Source of the DNA: Acidimicrobiales bacterium
GTDB lineage: Bacteria; Actinomycetota; Acidimicrobiia; Acidimicrobiales; SZUA-35
Direction of reading: 5' to 3'
Length of the DNA: 64,000 nucleotides
Assembly (NCBI GenBank): GCA_047974625.1
Contig: JBKECK010000054.1
Span: 4,988 to 68,987 of the forward strand
A model generated the notes under the pieces. The model saw only the letters and a list, made by a program, of their open reading frames with translations, was not told the origin of the DNA and searched no databases. The position numbers were made by a program, and so were the translations under genes. Below are positions 8,227 through 16,494 of this stretch, piece by piece; the first letter of the stretch is position 1, and every line of letters begins with the position of its first letter.

Positions 8227-10027
8227 CCGGCGCCGGGACGCCGGTCAGGTCCTGCCGATGACCACGCTGTTGCTGATCCCGTTGCTGATAGTGGCCGCGT
8301 TCGGGGTCGACGCCGCATTCTGGTTCGTCCGGGCGGCGGAGCTGCAGAAGGCCGCCGACCTGGCGTCGTTGGCCGGGGCCGAGACCCGGGGCCGCGGGGG
8401 CTCGGACCGGGAGGTGGTAGCGGCCGTCGACGAGTTGCTGGCCGTCAACGACCTGGACGGTCGGGCCATGAGCCGCTCTATCGACCTGTCCCATCCCCGC
8501 GAGGTCCGGGTCCGGATCACCGACGGTGCCGTCACCCAGTTCATCTCTCAGCTGTTCACCGACAGCATCACCATCAGCCGGTCGGCCACGGCCGCCTACG
8601 ACCCGTGCGTGGCGACCTGCACCCAACCGGTCTCCCTGCCACCCCCCGTGCTCGCCTTCCCGAACGCCGGATCCGGCGACGGGTTCGTCCCGTCGGTGAT
8701 CGCCGGTGGCGACCGGTTCCTCATCCTCAACCACCACACCGACGCTCGGCGCAAGGTGCTGCTCTGCGTCGACGTCCCAAGCCAGCGTGCCTGCCCGCGG
8801 TATCCGGCTGACGTCAACTCCACCACCTCCGGGGTGTCGAAGCTCGCCACCTTCGAGGAACGGGACGAGGTCTGGTGGGAGTTGATCCGGTACGATGCCG
8901 CTCCGCTGGCCACCCACATCGGCCTGGGGTGCACCAGGATCTCGACCGGTCAGCCCTGTGGCGAGTTCATCTACCGGAGCATGCCCGGCGTGACCCGGTC
9001 CAAGAAGCTCCCGTTCCAGCAGTGGACGACGCCGGTGACCCGGCACGGCAACCAGCTCGTCTTCATCGCCTTCGACATGAGCGTCGGGTGCTTCGACGTC
9101 ACCACCCGGAGCGCTTGTCCCGGCTACCCTGTGCCGGCGCCGACCTGGGCCTCGGTGGTGCCCCGGGCCAACTTCGCCCCGTCGGCCGACCCGCGCTGGG
9201 TAGACGTGATCCTGGACGGTGACCGGTTGGTCGCGTTCTGGCCGCTCAACAACGGTCGGTCGGCGTTGTGCTGGGATCTGGATCAGCGGGCGCCGTGCTC
9301 CGGGTTCAGGCAACCCGTCTGGATGTCCTCGTCCCGGGCCCGAACCGCCCAGCCGTTCGTCGACGTCGATGCCGACGCCCGGACCGTCGGCTACTGTCTC
9401 GCCGGAGCGTCGGTGCCGTGCGTCTCGACCGCGGGCCGGGTGTACGACCGGAGTGAGCTGGAGCGGTACATGGCCACCGACGAGGGGACGGGGGCCACCT
9501 TCAGCCTGGGGACCCGCGTGTACAGCGCGTCGTGGAAGCAGGACGCCGTGTACTGCGTCGATCTGGTCAAGGCGACGTCGTGTGGCTACACCGCCGGTCA
9601 CGGCTGGAAACCGTACGGGGTTACCCTCATGCCGAATACCGGTTGCCTGGTTGGCTACGGCGACGCGGCCCGCATCTTCGTGGTGAGCCGCGATCTGACC
9701 GAGTGCGACGTCTCCGGCGGTCAGGTGATCGTGCCGCCGTGCGCCTGTGGCTCAGGAGCGAGCTTCTACGGGGAGCTCGCCTTCGATCCCGACCTGTTCC
9801 AGAGGTTCGCCGCGTTCGTGGTCACGGTGACCGATCGGGCCGGCCGGGTCGTGGCCGGCCCGATCGACGTCCTGTCAACGCAGGGCAAGGTCGACCTGTC
9901 CGGGGTGGACCCAGCGGTCGGTCCGCTCACCGTGGCCTACGAGGTGGGCGTTGGCGACAGGGCCCAGTGGACTCGCGCGGTGACCGGTTCTCTTACCATG
10001 ACGTCCCGGCCGGTGCTCACCGAATGA
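8219..10027 (+). CDS. TadG-like (Tad N-terminal domain) protein with a large Cys-pair repeat domain
   Basis: The N-terminus DAGQVLPMTTLLLIPLLIVAAFGVDAAFWFVRAAELQKAADLASLAGA matches the TadG/'Tad' N-terminal domain. It overlaps the upstream gene by 8 nt. Residues ~180-500 contain 6-7 regularly spaced Cys pairs (see finding). Confidence 0.7.
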   Translation: MDSRRRDAGQVLPMTTLLLIPLLIVAAFGVDAAFWFVRAAELQKAADLASLAGAETRGRGGSDREVVAAVDELLAVNDLDGRAMSRSIDLSHPREVRVRITDGAVTQFISQLFTDSITISRSATAAYDPCVATCTQPVSLPPPVLAFPNAGSGDGFVPSVIAGGDRFLILNHHTDARRKVLLCVDVPSQRACPRYPADVNSTTSGVSKLATFEERDEVWWELIRYDAAPLATHIGLGCTRISTGQPCGEFIYRSMPGVTRSKKLPFQQWTTPVTRHGNQLVFIAFDMSVGCFDVTTRSACPGYPVPAPTWASVVPRANFAPSADPRWVDVILDGDRLVAFWPLNNGRSALCWDLDQRAPCSGFRQPVWMSSSRARTAQPFVDVDADARTVGYCLAGASVPCVSTAGRVYDRSELERYMATDEGTGATFSLGTRVYSASWKQDAVYCVDLVKATSCGYTAGHGWKPYGVTLMPNTGCLVGYGDAARIFVVSRDLTECDVSGGQVIVPPCACGSGASFYGELAFDPDLFQRFAAFVVTVTDRAGRVVAGPIDVLSTQGKVDLSGVDPAVGPLTVAYEVGVGDRAQWTRAVTGSLTMTSRPVLTE

Positions 10028-10581
10028 CCGGGCCCGGGAGCCGGCCGGGCCGGGAGCGGGGGGCGAGCCTGGTGGAGTTCGCCATCGTCGGGCCCCTGTT
10101 CCTGCTCCTGATCTTCGCTCTGATCGACCTCGCAATCGGGGTGTTCAGCCTGAACGCGTCCGAGGCCGCGGCGGCCAACGCCGTCCGGGTGGGGGCGATC
10201 GCCCGGGACACCCCCGACGCCGACGACCGGATCATCGAGGCCTTCAAGTCCACCGGCTCGCTCGGGATCGGGGTCAAGGTCAACCGCCTGGTGGTGTACC
10301 GGCCCGAGACCGACCGGGACGGGCCCAGCGCGGCGTGCCGGGCGGGGACGAACGAAACCGGCTGTGACGTGTACGGGGGATCCCGGCTCGCGAATCCGGG
10401 CTCCCTATGCCGTACCGGCGGCGGCGGCTGGTGCCCCGCCGAACGGGTCGGTGGGGAACTCATCGGGGTCTGGTTCGAAGTCGAGTACGGCGGGCTCAGC
10501 GGCATCATCCCGGTGCGGTGGCGACGGGACGGCTATGCGGTAGCCCGGATCGAACCCGACGTGGCGGGGGTCGACCGCTGA
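10024..10581 (+). CDS. TadE-like pseudopilin / pilus-assembly protein
   Basis: From ORF 9532..10581. ATG 10024 overlaps the upstream stop (ATGA). RERGASLVEFAIVGPLFLLLIFALIDLAIG is the TadE-like N-terminus. Confidence 0.75.
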   Translation: MTGPGSRPGRERGASLVEFAIVGPLFLLLIFALIDLAIGVFSLNASEAAAANAVRVGAIARDTPDADDRIIEAFKSTGSLGIGVKVNRLVVYRPETDRDGPSAACRAGTNETGCDVYGGSRLANPGSLCRTGGGGWCPAERVGGELIGVWFEVEYGGLSGIIPVRWRRDGYAVARIEPDVAGVDR

Positions 10582-10618
10582 ACGCGGCCGACCCCCCGTT
10601 GCCACCAGGCTCTGCGCC

Positions 10619-11596
10619 CTAACTCCCCTTGGGCGTGGCAAACACCTGGGTCCAGTAGGTGCGGTAGGCGCCACCCTCGGCCAGGCCCACCCCGAGCTCA
10701 GTCAGCGAGCAGTTGAGGATGTTGGCCCGGTGGCCCGGAGAGCCCATCCAGGCTGTCACCACCGAGGCCGCGGTCGGCTGGCCGGCCGCGATGTTCTCCG
10801 CCGCCCGGGAATAGGAGTAGCCGGCGTCGGTGATCCGCTGGAAGGGGGAGCGGCCGTCCAGACCGGTGTGGTCGAAGTAGCTGTTGTCGCGCATGTCGGT
10901 GCTGTGCCCGGCGGCCACCTGGGCCAGGGTGGAGTTCCAGGCCAGGTCCGGGCAACCGACCTTGCGCCGTTCGGCGTTAGTGAGTTCGAGCACGGCTCGG
11001 GGACCCGTCGCCGGGGGCTGGGTGGTTGGGGGCTTGGTGGTTGGGGGCTGGGTGGTTGGGGGCTTGGTGGTCGGGGGCTGGGTGGTCGGGGGCTGGGTGG
11101 TCGGGGGCTGGGTGCTGCTGGTCGGGCGCGAAGTGGTGCTGGTCGACGGCCGGGTGGTCGGAGGTTGGGTGGTGCTGGTCGGAGGCTGGGTGGTGCTGGT
11201 CGGAGGTTGGGTGGTCGATGGGGTGGCCGTCGTGGGCGGAGCCACCACGGAGGTCCCCGGTGAATCGGTGGTCGTGGTCGTCGGTCGACCCGGTCGCTCG
11301 GGCCTGCTCGGCCGTTCCGGTTTGGTGGGCCGTTCGGGCTTGACCCGATGGTTGTTGTCCGGCCGGAACCGGGCACCGGTCACGCGGTGGTGGGCCCATC
11401 CCCAGACCCAGCCTCGCTGGCCCCACGTGTCGCTCGATCTCCGGTCCGGCGGTTGTTCGGCTCGGGTCTCCTCGGCGGCGGCCTCACGGTCGGCGGCCGG
11501 GCCGGCGACGATCAGGACACCACCCATGGCCATCACCATGAGGGCGGCCATGAGCAGGCGGGCGGGGGCGACACGGGCGACGTTGCTCCTGAGCAT
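10619..11596 (-). CDS. Secreted/anchored CAP (SCP/PR-1-like) domain protein with Pro/Thr-rich linker
   Basis: N-terminal hydrophobic anchor LLMAALMVMAMGGVLIVAG, then a ~110-aa P/T repeat region. The C-terminal CAP domain shows LTNAERRKVGCPDL, HSTDMRDNSYFDH, AAENIAAG and WMGSPGHRANIL. Confidence 0.8.
   Translation of the reverse strand: MLRSNVARVAPARLLMAALMVMAMGGVLIVAGPAADREAAAEETRAEQPPDRRSSDTWGQRGWVWGWAHHRVTGARFRPDNNHRVKPERPTKPERPSRPERPGRPTTTTTDSPGTSVVAPPTTATPSTTQPPTSTTQPPTSTTQPPTTRPSTSTTSRPTSSTQPPTTQPPTTQPPTTKPPTTQPPTTKPPTTQPPATGPRAVLELTNAERRKVGCPDLAWNSTLAQVAAGHSTDMRDNSYFDHTGLDGRSPFQRITDAGYSYSRAAENIAAGQPTAASVVTAWMGSPGHRANILNCSLTELGVGLAEGGAYRTYWTQVFATPKGS
11003..11344. repeat. Coding low-complexity tandem repeats (15-bp units; TTQPP/TTKPP and PERP peptides)
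   Basis: Seen directly: ggtggt[tc]gggggc[tg]g units are reiterated. They encode PPTTQ/PPTTK x~9 and KPERP/SRPERP repeats. Confidence 0.85.
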
Positions 11597-11722
11597 CCGG
11601 ACACGTTACGCACATTTGCCCAGCTTGGTGGTGGCATTCCGGAAAGAACTCCTGATCAGAGGGGGTTGGCGGGCGATTCCGGGGATTCACGCTGGTCGCA
11701 GCGCCGACGGGCCCACCCGTTG

Positions 11723-14700
11723 TCAGGAGATGAGATTCCCGTATCGGTGCATGGTCCGACTGACCGTCTGCTCGCGGAGGTAGTGGAGCAGTTCGACCCG
11801 CCCGGAACGGGTGATCGGATTGTCGACCAGGTGCACCCCGTGCCGGTGGGCGACGCTCCGCACGACGGGCTCGGGGGGACCGACGAGGCGGATCCGTTCC
11901 ACGTCGAGGGAGTCGAGCCGGTCGGCCAGCTCCCGGGCCGGCTCCTCGTCGGCCCACGACACCGTCACCGGCACCCCGCACCGGTCGGCGGCCGCTGTCA
12001 CCCGGTCCACCAGGGTCCCGGTCTCCGGGTCGTCCCGGTCGGCGCTCACCCGGACGAGAACGCCGCGGAGGGGCTGGTACCGGAACCGGTTCGACTCGCA
12101 GGCCAGGCCGATGGGGTCGTGGTCGCGGCTGAACACGGTCCGCCATGCCTCCCCGTCGTCGCAGCGGGCGGCGTCGAGCCAGTCCCGATCCCGTCGTTCG
12201 TTGTCGGGACGCCAGCGGCCGAGCTGCTGGACGTAGTTGGGGCCTCCCGCCTTGGCTCCCGGCCCGACGCTCGACCGTTTCCAGCCCCCGAAGGGTTGGC
12301 GGGCCACCACCGCCCCGGTGATGCCCCGGTTGATGTAGGCGTTGCCAACCTCGACCCGGTCCAACCAGTGGTCGATCTCGGCCGGGTCGAGGCTGTGGAT
12401 CCCGCCGGTCAGGCCGAACCCGGTGGTGTTCTGGGCGGTGAGGGCGGCGTCGAGGTCGTCCACGGGCATCAATCCGAGGACGGGTCCGAAACACTCGGTC
12501 TGGTGGAACCAGCTTCCCGGCCGGACCCCGAGGCGGACCCCGGGCCGCCAGAGCCGCGGCCCGTACTCGGCCGGCTCCACCAGCCAGTCCTCCCCCGGTT
12601 CCAGGGTGGTGAGCGCCCGCTCCAACTTGTCGCCCGGGCTGGTGGCCAGCGGGCCGACCTCGCTGGCCAGCTCGTCGGCGGGCCCGACCACAATGCTGTT
12701 CACGGCGTCGACCAGCTGACGCCGGAAACGGTCCGACCGGTACACCGAGCCGACGCAGATACCCAGGCTGGCCGCCGAGCACTTCTGGCCCGCGTGGCCG
12801 AACGCGGAGCGGACCAGGTCGGTGACGGCGAGGTCGATGTCGGCGTTCGGGGTGATCACCAGGGCGTTCTTGCCCGAGGTCTCGGCCAGGAGGCGGAGGT
12901 CGGGACGCCAGCCGAGGAACAGTTCCGCCGTCTCGTAACCCCCGGTGAGGACCACGGCACCCACGTCGGGGTGGGTGATGAGTCGTCGACCCACCTCGTT
13001 CTCGGGCACGGCGGCGAGTTGGACGGTATCGGTGGGGATCCCGGCCGCCCACAGGCACTCGGCCACGACCCGGGCGCACCGCACCGCCTCCGGCGCCGGT
13101 TTGAGGATCACCGCGTTGCCCGCGGCCAGGGCGGCCAGGACACCGCCGGCCGGAATGGCCACCGGGAAGTTCCAGGGCGGGGCCACCACCACGACCCCGA
13201 ACGGTTCGAACCGGGCGCCGGGTGCGTCGGCGACACCGTCCACCCGATCGCCGTACCAGCGGGCGAAGTCGACGGCCTCGGACACCTCGGGGTCGGCTTC
13301 GGCGATGACCTTGGACGTCTCGGTGACCATGACCGCCACCAGGTCGCCCCGCCGGGCGGCCAGCTCGTCACCGACCCGGTACAGCAGGCGACGGCGTTCC
13401 GCCCCCGACCGCTCCCCCCATGCCTTGCCGGCGGCTACCGCCCGCTCCACCACGGCGTCCAGCCCGCCGGGTCCCTCGATCCGGTCGACGGGGGCCGGGA
13501 CCGGCGGAATGGTGTGGGCCGCCCCGGCCACCACCGCGGCCGCCCAGGCCCGGTTGGCGGCCAGCGCCGGATCGGTGTCGGGCTCGTTGCCGAAGGCCCG
13601 GTCGAGCGGGGTCGCGGTCGGGGGCCTGGTGCGGTCCTGGCGCCGCCGGGGGCCGGTCGCGGTACACCACCGGTCGTCGACGGCGGTCCGGAACCGTCGA
13701 GCCTGCTCGGTGAAGGCGTCGGAACCGAGCGCCATGCCGTGGAGGTGGCGGACGAAGTTCTCGCGGGCCGTGTTCTCCTCGAGGCGGCGGAACAGGTAAC
13801 TGATGGCCACGTCGAACTCGGGCCGGGCCATGATCGGGGTGTACAGCAGCGGTCGGGCCCCCTCCCCGATCAGGATCCGGGCGTAGGTGGGCGCCATCCC
13901 CTCCAACATCTCCAGTTCCACTCGCTCTCCCACCCCCCGCCGCTCGGCCAGCAGGCTGGCCCAAGCCAGGGTGAACAGGTTGTGACTGGCCACGCCGAGG
14001 CGCACGGCCCGGCTCCGCTCCGGCGTCATGAGCCAGTCGAGGCACCGCAGGTAGTTGGCGTCGGTCTCCGCCTTGGTGTCGTAGGGGGCCTGGGCCCAGC
14101 CGTGGAGCTCGGCGTCGACCCGTTCCATGGCCAGGTTCGCCCCCTTGACCAGGCGCACCTTGATCCCTGCTCCACCCCGGCGTCGACGGTCGAGGGCCCA
14201 GTCCACCAGGTTCCGCAGGGCGTCGAAGGCGTCGGGTAGGTAGGCCTGGATGACGATGCCGGCCTCGACGGCGGCGAACTCGGGTCGGTCGAGGACGGTG
14301 GTGAAGGTCTCGATGGTCAGGTCGAGGTCGTGGTACTCCTCCATGTCGAGGTTCACGAAGGTGGCCGGGGTGGTGGCGTTGGCCCGATCCAGGAGGGCGG
14401 CCAGGCGGGCGCCGGTGAGGGCCACCGCCGTGGCCCGGTCCCAGGCGCTCACCCGGGGGGTGATGGCCGACAACTTGACCGACACGTAGTCGATGTCGGG
14501 TTCGGCCAGGAGCGCCTCGGCCTGCTCGAACCGGCGGTCGGCCTCGGCGCTCCCAAGCACGGCCTCGCCGAGCCGGTTGACGTTGAGGGCGAACCCCTCG
14601 GAGCGCCGGTGGGCGAGATGACGCCGCAGACCGGCCGGATCGGCGTCGAGGACGAGATGCCCCACCATCGACCGCAGCCGGCGTTCGGCGAGGGGCATGA

Positions 14701-15046
14701 CGAGCTGGGGCAGCCGGGGAGCCAAGCGGCCCCCGGTCCGGAGCAGTTGCCGGTCGACCGGGCCGAGGAAACCGGGCAGGTGGGATTCGGCCACCAGCGC
14801 CGAGAGCTGGTGGGCGGCCACCTCCGGGTCGGCGGCGCGGATGACCCGGTCGACGAACCGCATGGTGAACCGAACCCCGTCCGGATCGCCCACGATCCGG
14901 TGAAGCTGTTCAGCGTTGCGCTCCTCCTGGCGGGTGGCCGAGTGGCGGGCTGCCCCGGTCCACGAGGCCACCAGCGCGATGGCCGGTTCGGCCAGGGAGG
15001 CGGCGTCCTCCGGATCGTCCCGATCGGGTGTAGTTGCGGGAACCAT
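11723..15046 (-). CDS. putA: Bifunctional proline dehydrogenase / L-glutamate gamma-semialdehyde (P5C) dehydrogenase
   Basis: 1107 aa. The N-terminal ProDH barrel shows FALNVNRLGEA, YVSVKLSAI and VNLDMEEY. The C-terminal ALDH shows ETSGKNALVI and FGHAGQKCSAAS (catalytic Cys). Confidence 0.9.
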   Translation of the reverse strand: MVPATTPDRDDPEDAASLAEPAIALVASWTGAARHSATRQEERNAEQLHRIVGDPDGVRFTMRFVDRVIRAADPEVAAHQLSALVAESHLPGFLGPVDRQLLRTGGRLAPRLPQLVMPLAERRLRSMVGHLVLDADPAGLRRHLAHRRSEGFALNVNRLGEAVLGSAEADRRFEQAEALLAEPDIDYVSVKLSAITPRVSAWDRATAVALTGARLAALLDRANATTPATFVNLDMEEYHDLDLTIETFTTVLDRPEFAAVEAGIVIQAYLPDAFDALRNLVDWALDRRRRGGAGIKVRLVKGANLAMERVDAELHGWAQAPYDTKAETDANYLRCLDWLMTPERSRAVRLGVASHNLFTLAWASLLAERRGVGERVELEMLEGMAPTYARILIGEGARPLLYTPIMARPEFDVAISYLFRRLEENTARENFVRHLHGMALGSDAFTEQARRFRTAVDDRWCTATGPRRRQDRTRPPTATPLDRAFGNEPDTDPALAANRAWAAAVVAGAAHTIPPVPAPVDRIEGPGGLDAVVERAVAAGKAWGERSGAERRRLLYRVGDELAARRGDLVAVMVTETSKVIAEADPEVSEAVDFARWYGDRVDGVADAPGARFEPFGVVVVAPPWNFPVAIPAGGVLAALAAGNAVILKPAPEAVRCARVVAECLWAAGIPTDTVQLAAVPENEVGRRLITHPDVGAVVLTGGYETAELFLGWRPDLRLLAETSGKNALVITPNADIDLAVTDLVRSAFGHAGQKCSAASLGICVGSVYRSDRFRRQLVDAVNSIVVGPADELASEVGPLATSPGDKLERALTTLEPGEDWLVEPAEYGPRLWRPGVRLGVRPGSWFHQTECFGPVLGLMPVDDLDAALTAQNTTGFGLTGGIHSLDPAEIDHWLDRVEVGNAYINRGITGAVVARQPFGGWKRSSVGPGAKAGGPNYVQQLGRWRPDNERRDRDWLDAARCDDGEAWRTVFSRDHDPIGLACESNRFRYQPLRGVLVRVSADRDDPETGTLVDRVTAAADRCGVPVTVSWADEEPARELADRLDSLDVERIRLVGPPEPVVRSVAHRHGVHLVDNPITRSGRVELLHYLREQTVSRTMHRYGNLIS

Positions 15047-15060
15047 GCCCCCAGAATGAC

Positions 15061-15078
15061 CTCACCCGCCCGGGTGAG
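15061..15078 (-). promoter_or_regulatory. Small GC hairpin 15-32 nt upstream of the putA ATG
   Basis: CTCACCC-GCCC-GGGTGAG is a 7-bp stem with a 4-nt loop. It lies downstream of the SWEET-like gene and just upstream of putA. Terminator or 5'-UTR element; undecided. Confidence 0.35.
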
Positions 15079-15097
15079 GTAGGATCGCGCTCCGATC

Positions 15098-15165
15098 CGG
15101 CCCAATCAGCAGGGCCGACGTTCGGCCCAATCAGCAGGGCCCACGTTCGGCCCAATCAGCAGGGC
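15098..15165. repeat. 25-bp direct repeat x3 (cggcccaatcagcagggcc[g/c]acgtt)
   Basis: Unit starts are at 15098, 15123 and 15148. The third unit matches for 18 nt and contains the stop codon (15156-15158) of the upstream minus-strand gene. Confidence 0.9.
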
Positions 15166-15782
15166 ACGGCCGTGGCCGCGGCACGCCAGCGCCCCCAGCG
15201 GATCACGATGATCATGGCCATGATCATCCCCATGGTCCCGCCGACCAGCAGGGCAGGATCGGTGACCGTGGCCCCGTAGACGGCCCAAATGGCGGCTTCG
15301 AGGGCAGCCATGGCCCAGGTGGCCCCGGACACGCCGGCCAGGTCACGGCTGAGCAGCGACCGGACGGTGGCCGGGGCGAACTGGACCCCGTAGCACAGTC
15401 CGATGGCCAGTCCGGCCGGGCCCCAGCCGCCGACGGCCAGGGGGACCACGGGCACGGCCCCGAAGGCGGCCGCCCCGGCCAGCAGGGGGCGCCACAGCCG
15501 CTCTCCGACCAGCCGGTGGGCCTGCCCGGCCAGGACCAGGTAGAGCACCCCGCTGACCGCCGACACCGGCAGGATGGCCCATCGCCCAGTGGACGCCGCG
15601 TACACCGTCCACCACAGGTTCATGGCGATCCCCACCCCCACCCAGCCGAGCGAGAGTCCTTCCACCGTGGCCTGGCGGCGGACCCGGAGGACCTGGGGGG
15701 CGATCATGGCCGCGCCCATGATGTTGGCGACGACAAGGGCGATGGCCAGCAGTACGGCCGGGAGGGAGGAGAACACCACCAC
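15156..15782 (-). CDS. PQ-loop / SWEET-like membrane protein with two triple-helix repeats (predicted 3+1+3 TM)
   Basis: The first repeat, MIAPQVLRVRRQATVEGLSLGWVGVGIAMNLWWTVYA, closely resembles SemiSWEET (LPQVLRV...LW..YG). The second repeat is VQFAPATVRSLLSRDLAGVSGATWAMAALEAAIWAVYG. I count seven hydrophobic segments by eye. Confidence 0.7.
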   Translation of the reverse strand: MVVFSSLPAVLLAIALVVANIMGAAMIAPQVLRVRRQATVEGLSLGWVGVGIAMNLWWTVYAASTGRWAILPVSAVSGVLYLVLAGQAHRLVGERLWRPLLAGAAAFGAVPVVPLAVGGWGPAGLAIGLCYGVQFAPATVRSLLSRDLAGVSGATWAMAALEAAIWAVYGATVTDPALLVGGTMGMIMAMIIVIRWGRWRAAATAVPC

Positions 15783-15916
15783 GAGTGTAAGGGTCTATAT
15801 CTGTTTTGCTCCAGGAGTGGCACGGATGGTTGCTCACCCCAGAACTTTTCGCTATCCGGTCGGGGCCCGGCGACCGGGCCCGGAGCGGACCGGGTCCCGC
15901 CGCTACCCTGGAGGCG

Positions 15917-16489
15917 GTGCATGTTGCGTCGACCCCGGCTTCGGAGATCCGCATCACCATCGGGGTGCTGGTCGACCTGACCAACCGGCTCGGCGCCGTC
16001 GACGACCGGCCCGGCCTCGTCCCCGAGGAGGTGCGGGCGGTGTTGGCCGACGCCGGCTTCACCCGGGCCCGTTCGGCCCCGGCGGCTGCCCTGACCCGGC
16101 TGACCGGGCGCCTGGTGGATCTGGCCGTCATGGTCGAGCGGTTCCCGGGCCTGGACACCGCCGCGGCCGCCTCGATGGTCAACGAACAGCTCACAGAGCT
16201 GCCGGTGGCCCCGGCGGTGGTGGAGCACGACGGTGTCGGCCCGCACATCCACTGGACCCCGTCCACGGCCCGTTTCGACGATCAGGTGGTCGCCGACATG
16301 CTGATGGCCCTGGCCCAGGAGTTGTGCGGGCACGGCCCCGACCGGTTCGGGCGCTGTGCCGCTGAGGGGTGTGACCGGCTGTTCCACGACGTGACCCGGA
16401 ACCACTCCCGCCGGTTCTGCAGCGATCCCCGCTGCGCCAGCCGGACCCACACCGCCGACCACCGGGCCCGGCGGGCCGGGGCACACTAG
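15917..16489 (+). CDS. CGNR zinc-finger domain protein (ABATE + zf-CGNR family)
   Basis: ORF 15806..16489. The C-terminus CAAEGCDRLFHDVTRNHSRRFCSDPRCASRTHTADHRARR follows the C..C..F.D.S/TRN..RR.C....C.(N)R pattern. Start is uncertain (TTG 15806 or GTG 15917). Confidence 0.7.
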   Translation: MHVASTPASEIRITIGVLVDLTNRLGAVDDRPGLVPEEVRAVLADAGFTRARSAPAAALTRLTGRLVDLAVMVERFPGLDTAAAASMVNEQLTELPVAPAVVEHDGVGPHIHWTPSTARFDDQVVADMLMALAQELCGHGPDRFGRCAAEGCDRLFHDVTRNHSRRFCSDPRCASRTHTADHRARRAGAH

Positions 16490-16494
16490 CGGTC

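Noticed and set aside
11348-14239. 963-aa ORF on the plus strand (and several others of 200-500 aa) lying antisense to putA
   Set aside because: It fully overlaps a gene with unmistakable ProDH and ALDH motifs. The translation is an Arg/Gly/Pro/His-rich low-complexity string with no motifs. Long stop-free antisense frames are expected at this GC content.
15098-15165. Direct repeats at 15098 (25 bp x3) and at 61417 (18 bp x4) considered as CRISPR arrays
   Set aside because: The repeats are contiguous with no unique spacers, there are far too few units, and the window has no cas genes.
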